From Podospora anserina (Eukaryota), in NCBI GenBank assembly GCA_017654855.1, contig CM030338.1, positions 1,736,001 through 1,800,000 of the forward strand: a stretch of DNA of 64,000 bases. The letters run 5' to 3'. Positions 24,487-35,176 of this stretch are shown piece after piece; within the stretch, counting starts at the first letter, position 1; the number at the start of each line of letters is the position of its first letter. The notes beneath the pieces were generated by a model, which was not told the DNA's origin, did no database searches, and saw only the letters and a list, made by a program, of their open reading frames with translations. A program made the position numbers and the translations under genes.

Positions 24487-25977
24487 GCAAAAAAAGAAAA
24501 ATTTCTTTTGACTGTTTATGGAAAATGAATGAGCTCAGGATTAAGTAAACAACCACATCAAGATCCCAAAACCACTACCCCCCAAGACTATTACCCCCGA
24601 GCGATGGAGTATGTGGAATATGGAGAAGAAGGAGGGCTGGATTACAATTGCGAATGTCATGGTATGGATTCTCCTCCGCCCCCCCCTCCCCCCCCTTTGG
24701 GCCTGGTGGAATACATCAGCCGTCCCTCAGCGAAGACGATGAGCCGCAAGATAGCTGTAGATAGAGGAATTACGTAGCATCAAGTTTTCTGTTCAACTCT
24801 TGTTTGGTTCCGTCTGATCTTTTGAATCTCCCAGCCTGGTCAGGCAGCAGAGCGGTCTTACGTGGCCGCTGATAGGCCTAGAGTCTCTATCTGGAGAAAG
24901 TGGAAGGAACGACTGCCTGAGGAGTTCCCGGCGACCAATCTCGGTGGTTTGGCTGATAGGTAAACAACAACGTGAGCACACAATAACGGCAACCAAAGAC
25001 GACGGGGCAGGCGTTCACTTTATTTCAGCACTTGCTGGTGAATTTTCTTCTCTAAAGGAACTGATATTGTCCCGGTGTGTGTGAATTTATTCACTTTTTG
25101 ACTTTTGACTTTTTCTTTTACTCGAGGTGGTGGTTTGCTTCTTTCGAGTTGAGTTTGTCCGACTGCGCCACAGCATATTCAGGAAAACGGTATTATCCGG
25201 TTAAACTTCGGATAACTTACTTTTGAGGAAATGGCTCCCGCCCGTCGCATCAGCCACAATGGTGGTGGCTCGGGCGCGGGAACTGCTGCTGGTAAGTGAT
25301 TCACGCTTGGCGGAAGGTTGGGTGGGTTTCGTGTCGTTGGTTGCTTGCGCATCGAGAAGCGCGTTTCTGTTCCTTTCTTTTCTTTTTGACACAACGGTTG
25401 GGAATTGCTTCACTTTGGCGAGTTTTTAATTACGCCCTAACTGCACACACACGCGCGCGCGATTCCTAAACGACAGATACGCAAGAGAGGGAAGTTAGAT
25501 TTACTGGTGAGGTATAGGAGCTTTGTTTCCTTTTGTTTGGATGGAGAGAGAGGGTGTTGGAGCTCGCGCTTGCTGCCTAGCTTTGGGGAGCTCTACGCAA
25601 CTTTGACTGATTGCGAGGGAAAGGAAGAAGCAAGGCTGTCTTTTTTTTGGGGGGGAGGGGAAGGGGGGTGTTTACAGCTGCAATATTGGAAAGACTTGAT
25701 GGCGCGTGCGCGGCTGGGGCTCTGTGGCTGGGCGCAAAACATTACACTCGAGATTGATGGGATGATGTCGCTGACTTTGGGCGAAACATTTTATTTTATT
25801 TTAGGTGCGAACAACAACTCGAGCCGCAGCAACCAGTCTTCCACCACCACCACCACCACCACACCTCGTATTAGGGTCGTTTCGGGCAGAGGCGGCAACA
25901 ACAACAAGAAGGGAGGCGGCAGCAGGAAGAAGAAGAATAACAACAAGGACAAGGACGACAACAAGGAAGACCACGAC

Positions 25978-26007
25978 AACAACAACAACAATAACAACAA
26001 CAATAAT

Positions 26008-26063
<56 letters not shown>

Positions 26064-26064
26064 C
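25978..26064. repeat. (AAY)29 trinucleotide repeat, in frame as poly-Asn upstream of the TAF14 ATG
   Basis: Counted directly: 29 consecutive AAC/AAT triplets. Confidence 0.92.
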
Positions 26065-26088
26065 GACAACGAGAAAACCAACGTCAAG

Positions 26089-26898
26089 ATGATTGTCGAA
26101 CGCAAGGTCAAGATTGTGACGGAGCAGCACAACATCGACAAGCCCCCCGTCAACGAGGGGTTTCCGATGAAGGAGTGGACGATTGAGGTTTATGTTTTGG
26201 ACCAGGAGGGGAGGGAGAGGCCGGCGAGGTGCTTTACCAAGGTTGTTTACAACTTGCATCCGAGTTTTGACAACCCTGTTCAGAGTAGGTTTATTTATTT
26301 GCGCAAAGGTTGGATATATGGGGATGCTAATGTGGGAAATAGCCTTCACCGAGCCACCCTTCCGCTGCACCAACGAGGGCTGGGGCGAGTTTGAAATGTC
26401 GATTGAGCTCTACACGACGGAGAAGGGGGGCAAGCAGACGATCCTGCACGACCTGAACTTTGCGGCGCCGCAGTACGAGAATGTGCATTCCGTCACGTTC
26501 AAGAACCCGAGCCAGGCGCTGCAGGCGCTGCTGAGGGAGACGGGCCCGCTGCCGTCGGATGAGGAGAGGAAGCAGCTCAAGAAGGGCGGGGAGGGGAGCA
26601 AGAAGAAGAAGACGTTTGATGTGGAGAAGATGGCGGATGGGCTGGTGAAGCTGAGCGAGGATGATTTGCTGCAGGTGATTCAGCTGATTCATGACGGGAA
26701 GGACGAGGGGACGTTTATCCAGAACAATGTTGACCAGGGGGAGTTTTCGGTGGATTTGTACACGTTGCCGGATCCGTTGATGAAGGTGCTTTGGGATTAC
26801 TTGGTGAGTTTTTGCCCTGGGTGGTGTTTGAGAGTATTGGTTTGGTTTGCTGACAGTTTGATGGATAGACCCGCGCCAATGTCCTCGGGAGGGACTAA
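26089..26898 (+). CDS. TAF14: YEATS-domain + ET-domain transcription factor TAF14/ANC1, 3 exons (possible longer isoform from 25231)
   Basis: MIVERKVKIVTEQ, EGFPMKEW, KVVYNLHPSFDNP, EPPFRCTNEGWGEFEM, HDLNF, LRETGP, L.KLSEDDLLQVIQLIHD, GEFSVDLYTLPD. Introns 26285-26342 and 26804-26868. Confidence 0.94.
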
Positions 26899-29060
26899 GT
26901 CGACTCCTGCTGGGTTTCCTCTTGGTCTTTTTTCACTCAACAAACTGCGGTGCATTTGCAATGGCGTTCTGGGCGTCTTGGAAGACGGAAAAAGGAGAGA
27001 GGATGAAGCTTGTGGGCTTTGATTGACATCGCAGGGGTAGGAGATGAGACTTCTTCTTTTCTTTTTCGCTGGCTGGCGTCATCGGGCTTCTATGTCTTTT
27101 TACAGGCAGGCTGGGGATGATCTCCTTTTCGTCTTTTTACGCGGAGAGGGTCTTTCAATATCTGGGCGAGCTTTAAAGATTCTGCTTCTCGATTTTAGCG
27201 AAATGTGCGTGCCCTTTATTATGGAATCGGGCCAGGATTTTGCTTTTTAAATTGAGTTCTTTTGCTATCTGCCTTTGTTTCTGGGAATGGGGTCGAGGCA
27301 TCGCGGTGGTGGCAAGTGTGGTTGTTGGTCTTGTAACTGTACATGTATCTCTCCTCTGAATAGAGAAACTGGTGATGCACTCTGCCATGACATAATTTGG
27401 CATTCCTCTAGCAATCTCGTGATCACGTTCAGAGGCAATGAATGGCACTGGGGTAAGGAGGCGGTTTGGGATTGGTCAAGCAGGAAGTCTTCGTCACAGT
27501 TGTGATGGACGGGTGCGAGACCCGAATTACGAATTGTCTAGACTTTCTTCATCGCATTGGCGCGTAACTCGTGGTGGTTGTTAGGCATGTGATGGGGTAT
27601 TTTGGGGCTTGTAGTCAGCGATCGGAGATTTTTACATCTGGTGACGGTGTGTGAGATGGTGATATCTGGATGCAAGGTACGCGGCGTTGCCGGCTATAGG
27701 GCTCATGACATCGGGAGAATTTTGTAGCCAAGGTCAAGCATGGGAGGTGTGGAAAAGATACCTGCTCAATTACACCGAGCTGGATCGAGGTGGAAAAGCT
27801 GCTTGGTGAGTGGTCAATGGAGGCTGAGTTGGAAGAACCACATGACCTCCAACAAACTTGGAATTGATGGAAAACGTGACCCAAGTTTTACACGGCACGG
27901 ACATCCTGTGGACGAGCCAGTGACTCGTTTCTGATGACTACACTTGAAAATGATTTGTCAATTTGCGGAGTTTTGATATTTGATACCGGATGTAACAATT
28001 GATTGTTGAGTCGAGTCTCTGTTCAAAGGCAGACAAAGATAACGGTTTCGATCGAGGAGAAAGAGACCCTTTATGCAGACATGCAAGACTGACTTGGAGG
28101 CTGAAGCGTTATCAATGCAATGTTACACCTTGGGGTAACCAACGCCCGGCCGACACCGAATTGAACACACACCGGGGCGGATAAGGGCAAGCCGAGTTGT
28201 TGTTTCTCATCCAATTGATAGCTCCCGATCTGGAATTGGGAATTGGAGTTTTCGTGACTTGACTCCTACTTTTCGTACACACCTTCACAAGCTCACACGC
28301 TCACACACACCGCCACAAGAGGAGGAGAAGCGGGAAACAAGGATCGCGCTTCTTTGGCACGTTGCCGAGGTCATCCGCCCTTGACCTACAGAGGAAAGTG
28401 TTGACGGCACGAAACGTTCAAAGAGCCACCTTGATGGGCTCGAGATCGAGGGGATCGAGTTGGTTTTATTCTCTCTAGACAGAGCTAGGCAGGTGTAAGA
28501 GCTGCCTTGTCCTGCCTTGTCCCTGATCGTGACTCTGATAGGTTCCCTCAAGGTTCCTCAGTGGACATCCGTTGCGTTCGTTTGCCGCGCACCCTCCTTC
28601 GCTCACCCCGCAGCCAGGGGACGCCCAGGCCACGGTGGCTAGCTCGCCCGGGGCGTTTTTTCCATCAGCCTTTGAGGTGCAACCAAAAAAGCAGAGGACC
28701 CGGGAATTTATTTTGAATGGGGCCCTTCTAGCCCCAAAAGCAGGTTCCATCCCGACTTTCCCTTGAACCCCGACTCCTCCTTCACCCACCGCAAACCGCT
28801 TCAAGCCGCCGCGACGCGCGCAAACGCCCTCTCTGCCCGGGGCATTCTGGGGCCGACCAGCAACGAATACCTGGCGATTGAAACAATTCTATAGGGCGAA
28901 CCCAAGTCACCAACACATAGCATACCCAGCAAACGACAGAGACCCGAACCGACAGCCCGAAAAGCAAGTGACGTGTGCGTCGTGCCTGCCGATTCCCGCA
29001 GCCGGGGCCGACCGACTGCACCACACAGAAGGAAACCCGCCTTTGCTTGCTTGCCCCGTC

Positions 29061-32000
29061 ATGGCGCAATTTGCCGCCTCGGCCGCACAGCTGTCAATGT
29101 CGCCAATTTCACCCGCCGCCGCCCTGTCATCTTCGGGTGCCGCAGGAGGCTCCGCTTCTGGACCTCCGCCACCGAGTGGCTCCGTCGGGGCCGGGTCCGG
29201 TGTTGGTGGGGCCGTTTCTCCCCCATTACGTCCGGGCCACCATAGGGAACAGTCGCAGTCTTCTGTCACCCAGGTACAGGGTGGTAGTGGACAACCTCAG
29301 CAACACAAACGGGTGTACCAAGCCTGCATACCTTGCCGCCGTCGAAAAGTCCGTTGCGATTTGGGATCGGTCGATGATCCACACGAACCGCCTTGCGTGC
29401 GGTGCCGCCGTGAGAGCAAAGAATGCTACTTTAGCGCGACGAGACGGAAGAGAAAGATTGATGATGGGTCTGTGGAGGAGGACCCGGAGCAGGATGAATA
29501 TATCTTGAGGAATGGCAGGAAATCGCTCAGGACCACGGTCGAATCACCTGCGAGCAGCACGGCTGCGTATGATCGACGACTCTACAGCGAGGTCCCGCTT
29601 ACACCCGGAGGTAGCCGGGGGAGATCGATACCTCTCAAAAGGCCCAATGACTTGGCGTCGACGAGAGGGAGAGGGGGGAGTGTAGGCGGTGGTGGGGAGT
29701 TTGGGAACGGAGAGCCGAATACACCACTGGAGAACTTCGAGGCGAAGACCATGATGAGGAGGGAGGTGTATGGACCTCACGATGCGCTGGACTTGCTGTA
29801 CAAGGCTGCTACGGATAAGTTAGTGTTTTAGTTGCTGTCGTCAGCATTGAGGTTTAGTAAACTGACATGCGAACAGCTCGTCGCACAAGATCGACGAGAA
29901 CCCCGCTCCAAGCCGCCGAGCTACACAGTCACAGGCGCATTCGCATTCACACTCCCACTCCATCCATGCCCACAATCATGTCGATTCACGCAAGTCGTCG
30001 AACACGATTACACCGGGCACATACCATCATACCCGTCACCCCTCGCGAGCAGATGGCCCCACCGTCGACCAGCAGATCGACCCGGAGCTTAGCAAGACCG
30101 AGCAGCTGCCGGATCTTGGCAAGGAAGAGGCCCTCAAGGCCTGGGCGAGATTCCGCTTCGTACGGGCAGGATGGTTTACAGCCCAGGAAGCAATTGATTA
30201 CATTGAATAGTATGGACTACCCTGGTGTCTGTTTTTGGAGCGACCAATGCTGACAATGGCCCAGCTATTACAAGTACCTCTCACCACTTACACCCATATC
30301 ACCGCCGACATTCCAGACGCCGTCTTCTCACTTGACGTTACTGACTGAGGAACCGATACTCACCGTGACCCTCTTGACCATCGCCTCCAGATACCGCAAG
30401 ATGCCCGGCACCGGCGGCCACTGTCGTTCACACGCCATCCACGAACAGTTGTGGACCTACCTCCGCGGCATGATCGAAAGAGTCGTCTGGGGTCAGGAGG
30501 CGTTTGGTGGTGGCTTCTGTGGCTCAGGGGCAGATGATATGCAGAACTCGAGCACGGCTCCATGGAGGGGTCTGCGGAGAGGCAGTCTACGAACTCTGGG
30601 CACGATTGAGTCACTGATGATATTGACAGAATGGCACCCTCGCGCCCTCCACTTCCCGCCAAACGAAGCCACTGACGAGCTACTCCTTCCTGACTTTAGC
30701 TCCCAGAGCCCGGTGGATAGTGACAGCCACCGGCCTGGGGGGAGGATTGGGGGCCCCAGAATTGAAAGCTGGCTTGAGCCGGCGTGGCGGAGTGATAGGA
30801 TGTGCTGGATGCTGCTGAGCACAGGGATGGGCTTGGCGTATGAGTTGGGCGTGTTTGATGACATCGACGAGCTGCTCGCCACAGGGGCTATTGCTAGGCC
30901 AGAGTATGAAGAAGAAGCGTACCGGCTCCGAGCGAGCAGGATCAAGAGGCTGCTTCTAATTTACCTCAGCCAACTGGCCGGTAGGTTGGGCTGGACGAAC
31001 ATGGTACCTGACGAGCTGCGGAGGTCGGACGAGAAGTACACCTTCAAGAGGAGGCCCAATACTGTGGAGGGCAACACGCCCGGGACTAACCAGTCGTCAC
31101 TGTCCAACGTTTTCAACTACATACCTGATCTGGAGCTCGATGATCAAATCATTCACTGCTGGGCGGGCATCAGCAACGCGATGCACCTCGGCAACGAGAA
31201 ATTGTTCAGGTCGAGGAAGCACACGACTGATATCATCCAGAGCGGAAGCTACATTTCTCTTCTCAAAGAGTTCCAGCCGCTGCTGAGGGACTGGTGGAAT
31301 CATTTTGAGCGATTCCGGATGCCCCCATACATCAGACACATACTCACGATTGAGTATGAGTACGTCCGCATCTATATCAACTCGCTCTCCCTTCAGGCTG
31401 TCGTCGAACGGTGCACTAACAACGCCGGCGGGGGGCCTAACGGGGGCAATGGTACCGCGACCGGAGGGGAGGGAGGCGGCAGTGTATCGGGGCAATCTGG
31501 ACCGCAGCTGTCACCCCAGACACAGCACTACTACGGCAAGCTGCCTTTGGGCCAGCTAGGCGGTTTTGGTGTTGAGGACCAGGAGTATGTGAGGGAGGTT
31601 GTTAATGGCAGCCGAAACCTGCTCCGGACCGTGGTCGAGGGGTTGCTGCCGGATGATTACCTGAAGCACGCGCCGGTGAGGACGTATTTCAGAATTATCT
31701 CTGGGGCTATGTTCTTGCTCAAGACCTTTGCTCTGGGGGCACCCAAGTCGGATGTGGAGATTAGCATTGGGCTGATGGATCAGACTGTCAGCGCGTTGAG
31801 GAACTGTGTGGTGGATGATGTGCACTTGGGCATTAGGTTTGCGGATATGCTGGAGACGTTGACGGGGAGGTTGAGGAACAGGTTTATCCATGCGCCGCCT
31901 CCACCAGCACCGCCAGCGGGGTCGGCTACGGGACAGCAACAGCAGGATGGAATGGGGGGGATGATGGGGCTTCATGGGGATGCTAATGGGCATCAACATG

Positions 32001-32550
32001 GGGGCGTGAATGGGCACGGGCTGCATCATCAGCACTCCCATCACAACAATAATGGGTTGGCGGATCCGTGGTTGAAGTTGAGGGAGGGGGCTGGTGCTGC
32101 TGGTATGTTTTCTTCTTGTTTTCCGAACCACAGCCAAATCTTGCTAACCTCTTGTGTCAAGAACGATCTGCAACCCCAGCCAACATATCAGCCACACCAT
32201 GGGATCTCACCACGGGCAATTTCCCTTACCCGACTGGCTCGGCATCCATGTTTGGACCCTCCACCCCAGCCGCAACCACAGGTTTGGACAATACCAATGG
32301 CAACGGCAACAACTCTGCTCACAGCCACAACAACGGGCTGGACACCAACGCCTTTTTGGACGACTGGACCAACCCCGGAAATGAAATGTGGTACCTGCCC
32401 ACCGGACCGGCCTTCTTCCAAAACATCGACAATAGCACCTCGGTGTCGATGACGGCTGAGGGTGTGAATGTGGGTGGGTTGGACCTGCTGGAGTACATGG
32501 CGATGGATAACCCCATGGACGGGTTTGGCATGGATGGGAGTGGTTTCTAG
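29061..32550 (+). CDS. ARO80: Zn(II)2Cys6 transcription factor, ARO80-like, 4 exons
   Basis: [38 protein letters not shown] matches the Aro80-type cluster with its long CDLG.VD.PH.PPC loop. Also [46 protein letters not shown]. Introns approx. 29819-29876, 30210-30264, 32103-32161. Confidence 0.85.
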
Positions 32551-33023
32551 TTTTGTGTTTTTTTTTTTTCATATTTGTTAAGGGAAGCGTGGGTTTATGG
32601 GAAAAGCGAACCGAAAAAATGGGTTTAAGCGAAGGGGAACAGGGAGGCAAAAATTTGATATTATTTACAAAGCGGTTAGGGTGGTGGATGGGTGGATGTT
32701 GTGTTGATGAAGGGTTTGTCTTTTTCTGTTGTTTGTTTTTTCCTTGGGCGAGACCTACGCCACGTATCTCATCTTAAAAGCTAGGTACAGGATTGTTATT
32801 TATTTGTTATTTGCTGCCCAGTAGCTATCTAGTTAGCCTTTGCTGTTTTTGGGGGATATGGACGGATATGGAAGAGAACAATATCTCGTGACGGGAGGAA
32901 GGAAAATTGAAAGATATTTTGAAAAAGATATGTTTTATGAGAGTGAAATTAAGGGTGGTCGGTGACATTGTTTTTTTTCAAAGCCGTAGCAACCGTCTTT
33001 GTTTTCTTGGTTATTGTTAATAC

Positions 33024-33139
33024 TTTGTGTTAAAATACAGCTTTTGTTTGTAGATTTTACAGTGTATCTGAGCCCTGTAAAATACAGGGCCTCAGATACA
33101 CTGTAAAATCCACAAACAAAAGCTATATTTTAACACAAA
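33024..33139. repeat. Near-perfect inverted repeat, ~56-bp arms, 3-nt loop
   Basis: Left arm tttgtgttaaaatacagcttttgtttgtagattttacagtgtatctgagccctgta, loop aaa. The right arm is its reverse complement except for one extra C and two transitions. Confidence 0.95.
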
Positions 33140-33229
33140 CAAAGTTACAAAGGTTTTAAATTAACGGTTTTAATTACAAACAAAAGCTTTAAGTTAACAG
33201 CTTCAAGTTGACGGCTTTAAATTGACGGC

Positions 33230-33425
33230 TTTGAATTGACGGCTTTGAATTGACGGCTTTGAATTGACGGCTTTGAATTGACGGCTTTGAATTGACGGCT
33301 TTGAATTGACGGCTTTGAATTGACGGCTTTGAATTGACGGCTTTGAATTGACGGCTTTGAATTGACGGCTTTGAATTGACGGCTTTGAATTGACGGCTTT
33401 GAATTGACGGCTTTGAATTGACGGC
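33230..33425. repeat. Minisatellite: 14 perfect copies of TTTGAATTGACGGC with degenerate copies on both sides (approx. 33160-33545)
   Basis: Counted directly (196 bp = 14 x 14). Downstream the unit drifts to a 15-bp TTTAATTGCGAGGGC-like variant. Confidence 0.97.
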
Positions 33426-34252
33426 TTTGAATTAACGGCTTTTGAATTGACGGCTCTAAACTGACGGCTTAAATTACGAGGGCTTTAATTGTGAGGGCTT
33501 TAATTGCGAGAGCTTTAATTGCAAAGGCTTTAATTCCGAGGCTGGTAATAGTAATGTAGTTAATGAGAAGCTATATATAACCCTAACCCCTGTAAGGGGT
33601 AATGCACGGCTAGAACTTCTCTAATATATCGTTGACCGATGCTGTGACGCCTAGATAAATGTTGCCACCATCCCAAATATGGTGAGGTTTATGATCCAAT
33701 CTTGCCGCTGAATTATATCTTTTATCTCCCATCATTGTCAGAGAACCAAAAAGCAGGAGACATGTCATAGCACACTAGAGCTCACATTCAGTACTGAAAC
33801 ATGTCCATAACACCACACTATTCTCTCACCACCTCGCACAAACAAAAAGACTTAATTAATGCAATACATTACATCCCCTTCATACCTACCCTACGCTAGA
33901 GCACTGCTGCTCCAACACAGAAAAAAAGACCAACCCCTCCTCTATCCCCTTCCCATGATACCTCCCATTTTCTCATCTAAAACGCCTCTTTTATTCTCTC
34001 TTTCGCTGCAAATGTAAATGCTAGTCTCCTAAGCAAAGAATCCCTCCATCCACCAGACAAAACAAAACAAAAGCTTCCCCCCTCTCCATCCATCCTACCA
34101 CCCTCTTAGCCAATTTACCCCCGCCAAGTCCCCTCCTCCAAAGCAGCAAATGTATGTTATGTATGTGACGCCGCATCTCATTCCCATATTCATGTCTGTG
34201 CATAATAGGTACAATTTTACTCCATCATCAAACTCCACTCTATCACTACCCA

Positions 34253-35008
34253 TCATCCCCATCCCCATTTATCCTCTGCCCTAACCAAGCCGAAGCCCCT
34301 AGAAGTAAACAATTCCCCACTTACTCTCCCTTCCCACTCCTTCGCCCTTGTCTTTATTCTTTTCCTTCTCGTCGCCATCCTCCTCTCTTTTTCTTTTCCT
34401 TTCGGGGATGAACTCTGGTTCGACTCCGAGAATCCGACCTCATTCCTCAACAGAGACGGGTTCCACCCCATAACATGACCAGAAAGACGCGCAAACTTGG
34501 GTATCATAACCTCCAAAGGGTCAATCTCCCGCCTAGGCCGAGGCGGCTTGGTACCTGCAGATGAAGTGTAAGGAAGTTCCGGAAGCCCCGGTAATGTGAT
34601 TTTCAAAAATCCAAGTTCTGTAAGCGAAGGCAGTTTGACACCTCTAAGAGATGCGCCAGGAGTGGGAAGTTGTGAAAGTCTGGGGAATGTATTTCTTGAA
34701 TGGCCAGGCTGCCGATCAAGCGGAGGCAGCTTGATACCAAGTGTACTTATATGAGCAGAACAACCCTGTGGCCTTTTAAGCAATGTAGAGGAGGCTGAGA
34801 GATTCTTGACTGTCACACGACGTAAAGCTCCATAGTTTGACTTCGCCGACTGGGGCTTTATACCTGCAAATGAAAAGGTCGGGATGGGAAGTCGTGTAGG
34901 GTCGGGCGATGCGATGACCGGGGGCGTCTTGATTTGTACAGGTTGTTTAACACTGGTGGTGGTGACCGACTCTTCTTCTTCATGGTAAAAATTCACCCGG
35001 TCCGACAT
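34253..35008 (-). CDS. 251-aa ORF with no recognisable domain; in frame with, and possibly a read-through extension of, UBP12
   Basis: Open from ATG 35008 to TGA 34253. Pro/Ser/Lys-rich with repeated xKLPxL-like motifs. Starts 171 nt (57 codons) downstream of the first base of the UBP12 TAG, in the same frame. Confidence 0.55.
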   Translation of the reverse strand: MSDRVNFYHEEEESVTTTSVKQPVQIKTPPVIASPDPTRLPIPTFSFAGIKPQSAKSNYGALRRVTVKNLSASSTLLKRPQGCSAHISTLGIKLPPLDRQPGHSRNTFPRLSQLPTPGASLRGVKLPSLTELGFLKITLPGLPELPYTSSAGTKPPRPRREIDPLEVMIPKFARLSGHVMGWNPSLLRNEVGFSESNQSSSPKGKEKERRMATRRKRIKTRAKEWEGRVSGELFTSRGFGLVRAEDKWGWG

Positions 35009-35176
35009 TTCCTAAGTGCTTTGCGTGTTTCCGTCTACCCAGTCCAAAAGATTATCCAGACCCTCCTTGACATCGGTACCCGGATGCGCTTCGGGTGGGT
35101 CACCAGAAGGCTTGTACGGCCGAGGGGTATACTAGGCCAGCTCTGGCTCTGCACCTCCTGAAGACCGAGCTGAATC

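Larger units (their letters stand above)
32982..33613. mobile_element. AT-rich, non-coding, probably non-autonomous transposable element (long hairpin + tandem array + terminal hairpin)
   Basis: Sharp AT-rich island containing an inverted repeat (33024-33139), a 14-bp tandem array (33230-33425), telomere-like TAACCCTAACCC, a short hairpin ACCCCT-GTA-AGGGGT (33586-33600) and CTAG at 33610-33613. The ends carry AGCCGT (32982) and its reverse complement ACGGCT (33606). Boundaries are inferred. Confidence 0.55.

Noticed and set aside
25791-26373. Poly-Leu and poly-Val ORFs on the minus strand
   Set aside because: Artefacts of the (AAC)n repeat read in other frames.
33024-33139. Long hairpin as a hammerhead ribozyme or tRNA
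   Set aside because: It is a simple two-arm palindrome with no CUGANGA/GAAA core arrangement and no cloverleaf.
33230-33425. Tandem array as a CRISPR array
   Set aside because: Units are contiguous identical 14-mers with no unique spacers, there are no cas genes, and the context is eukaryotic.
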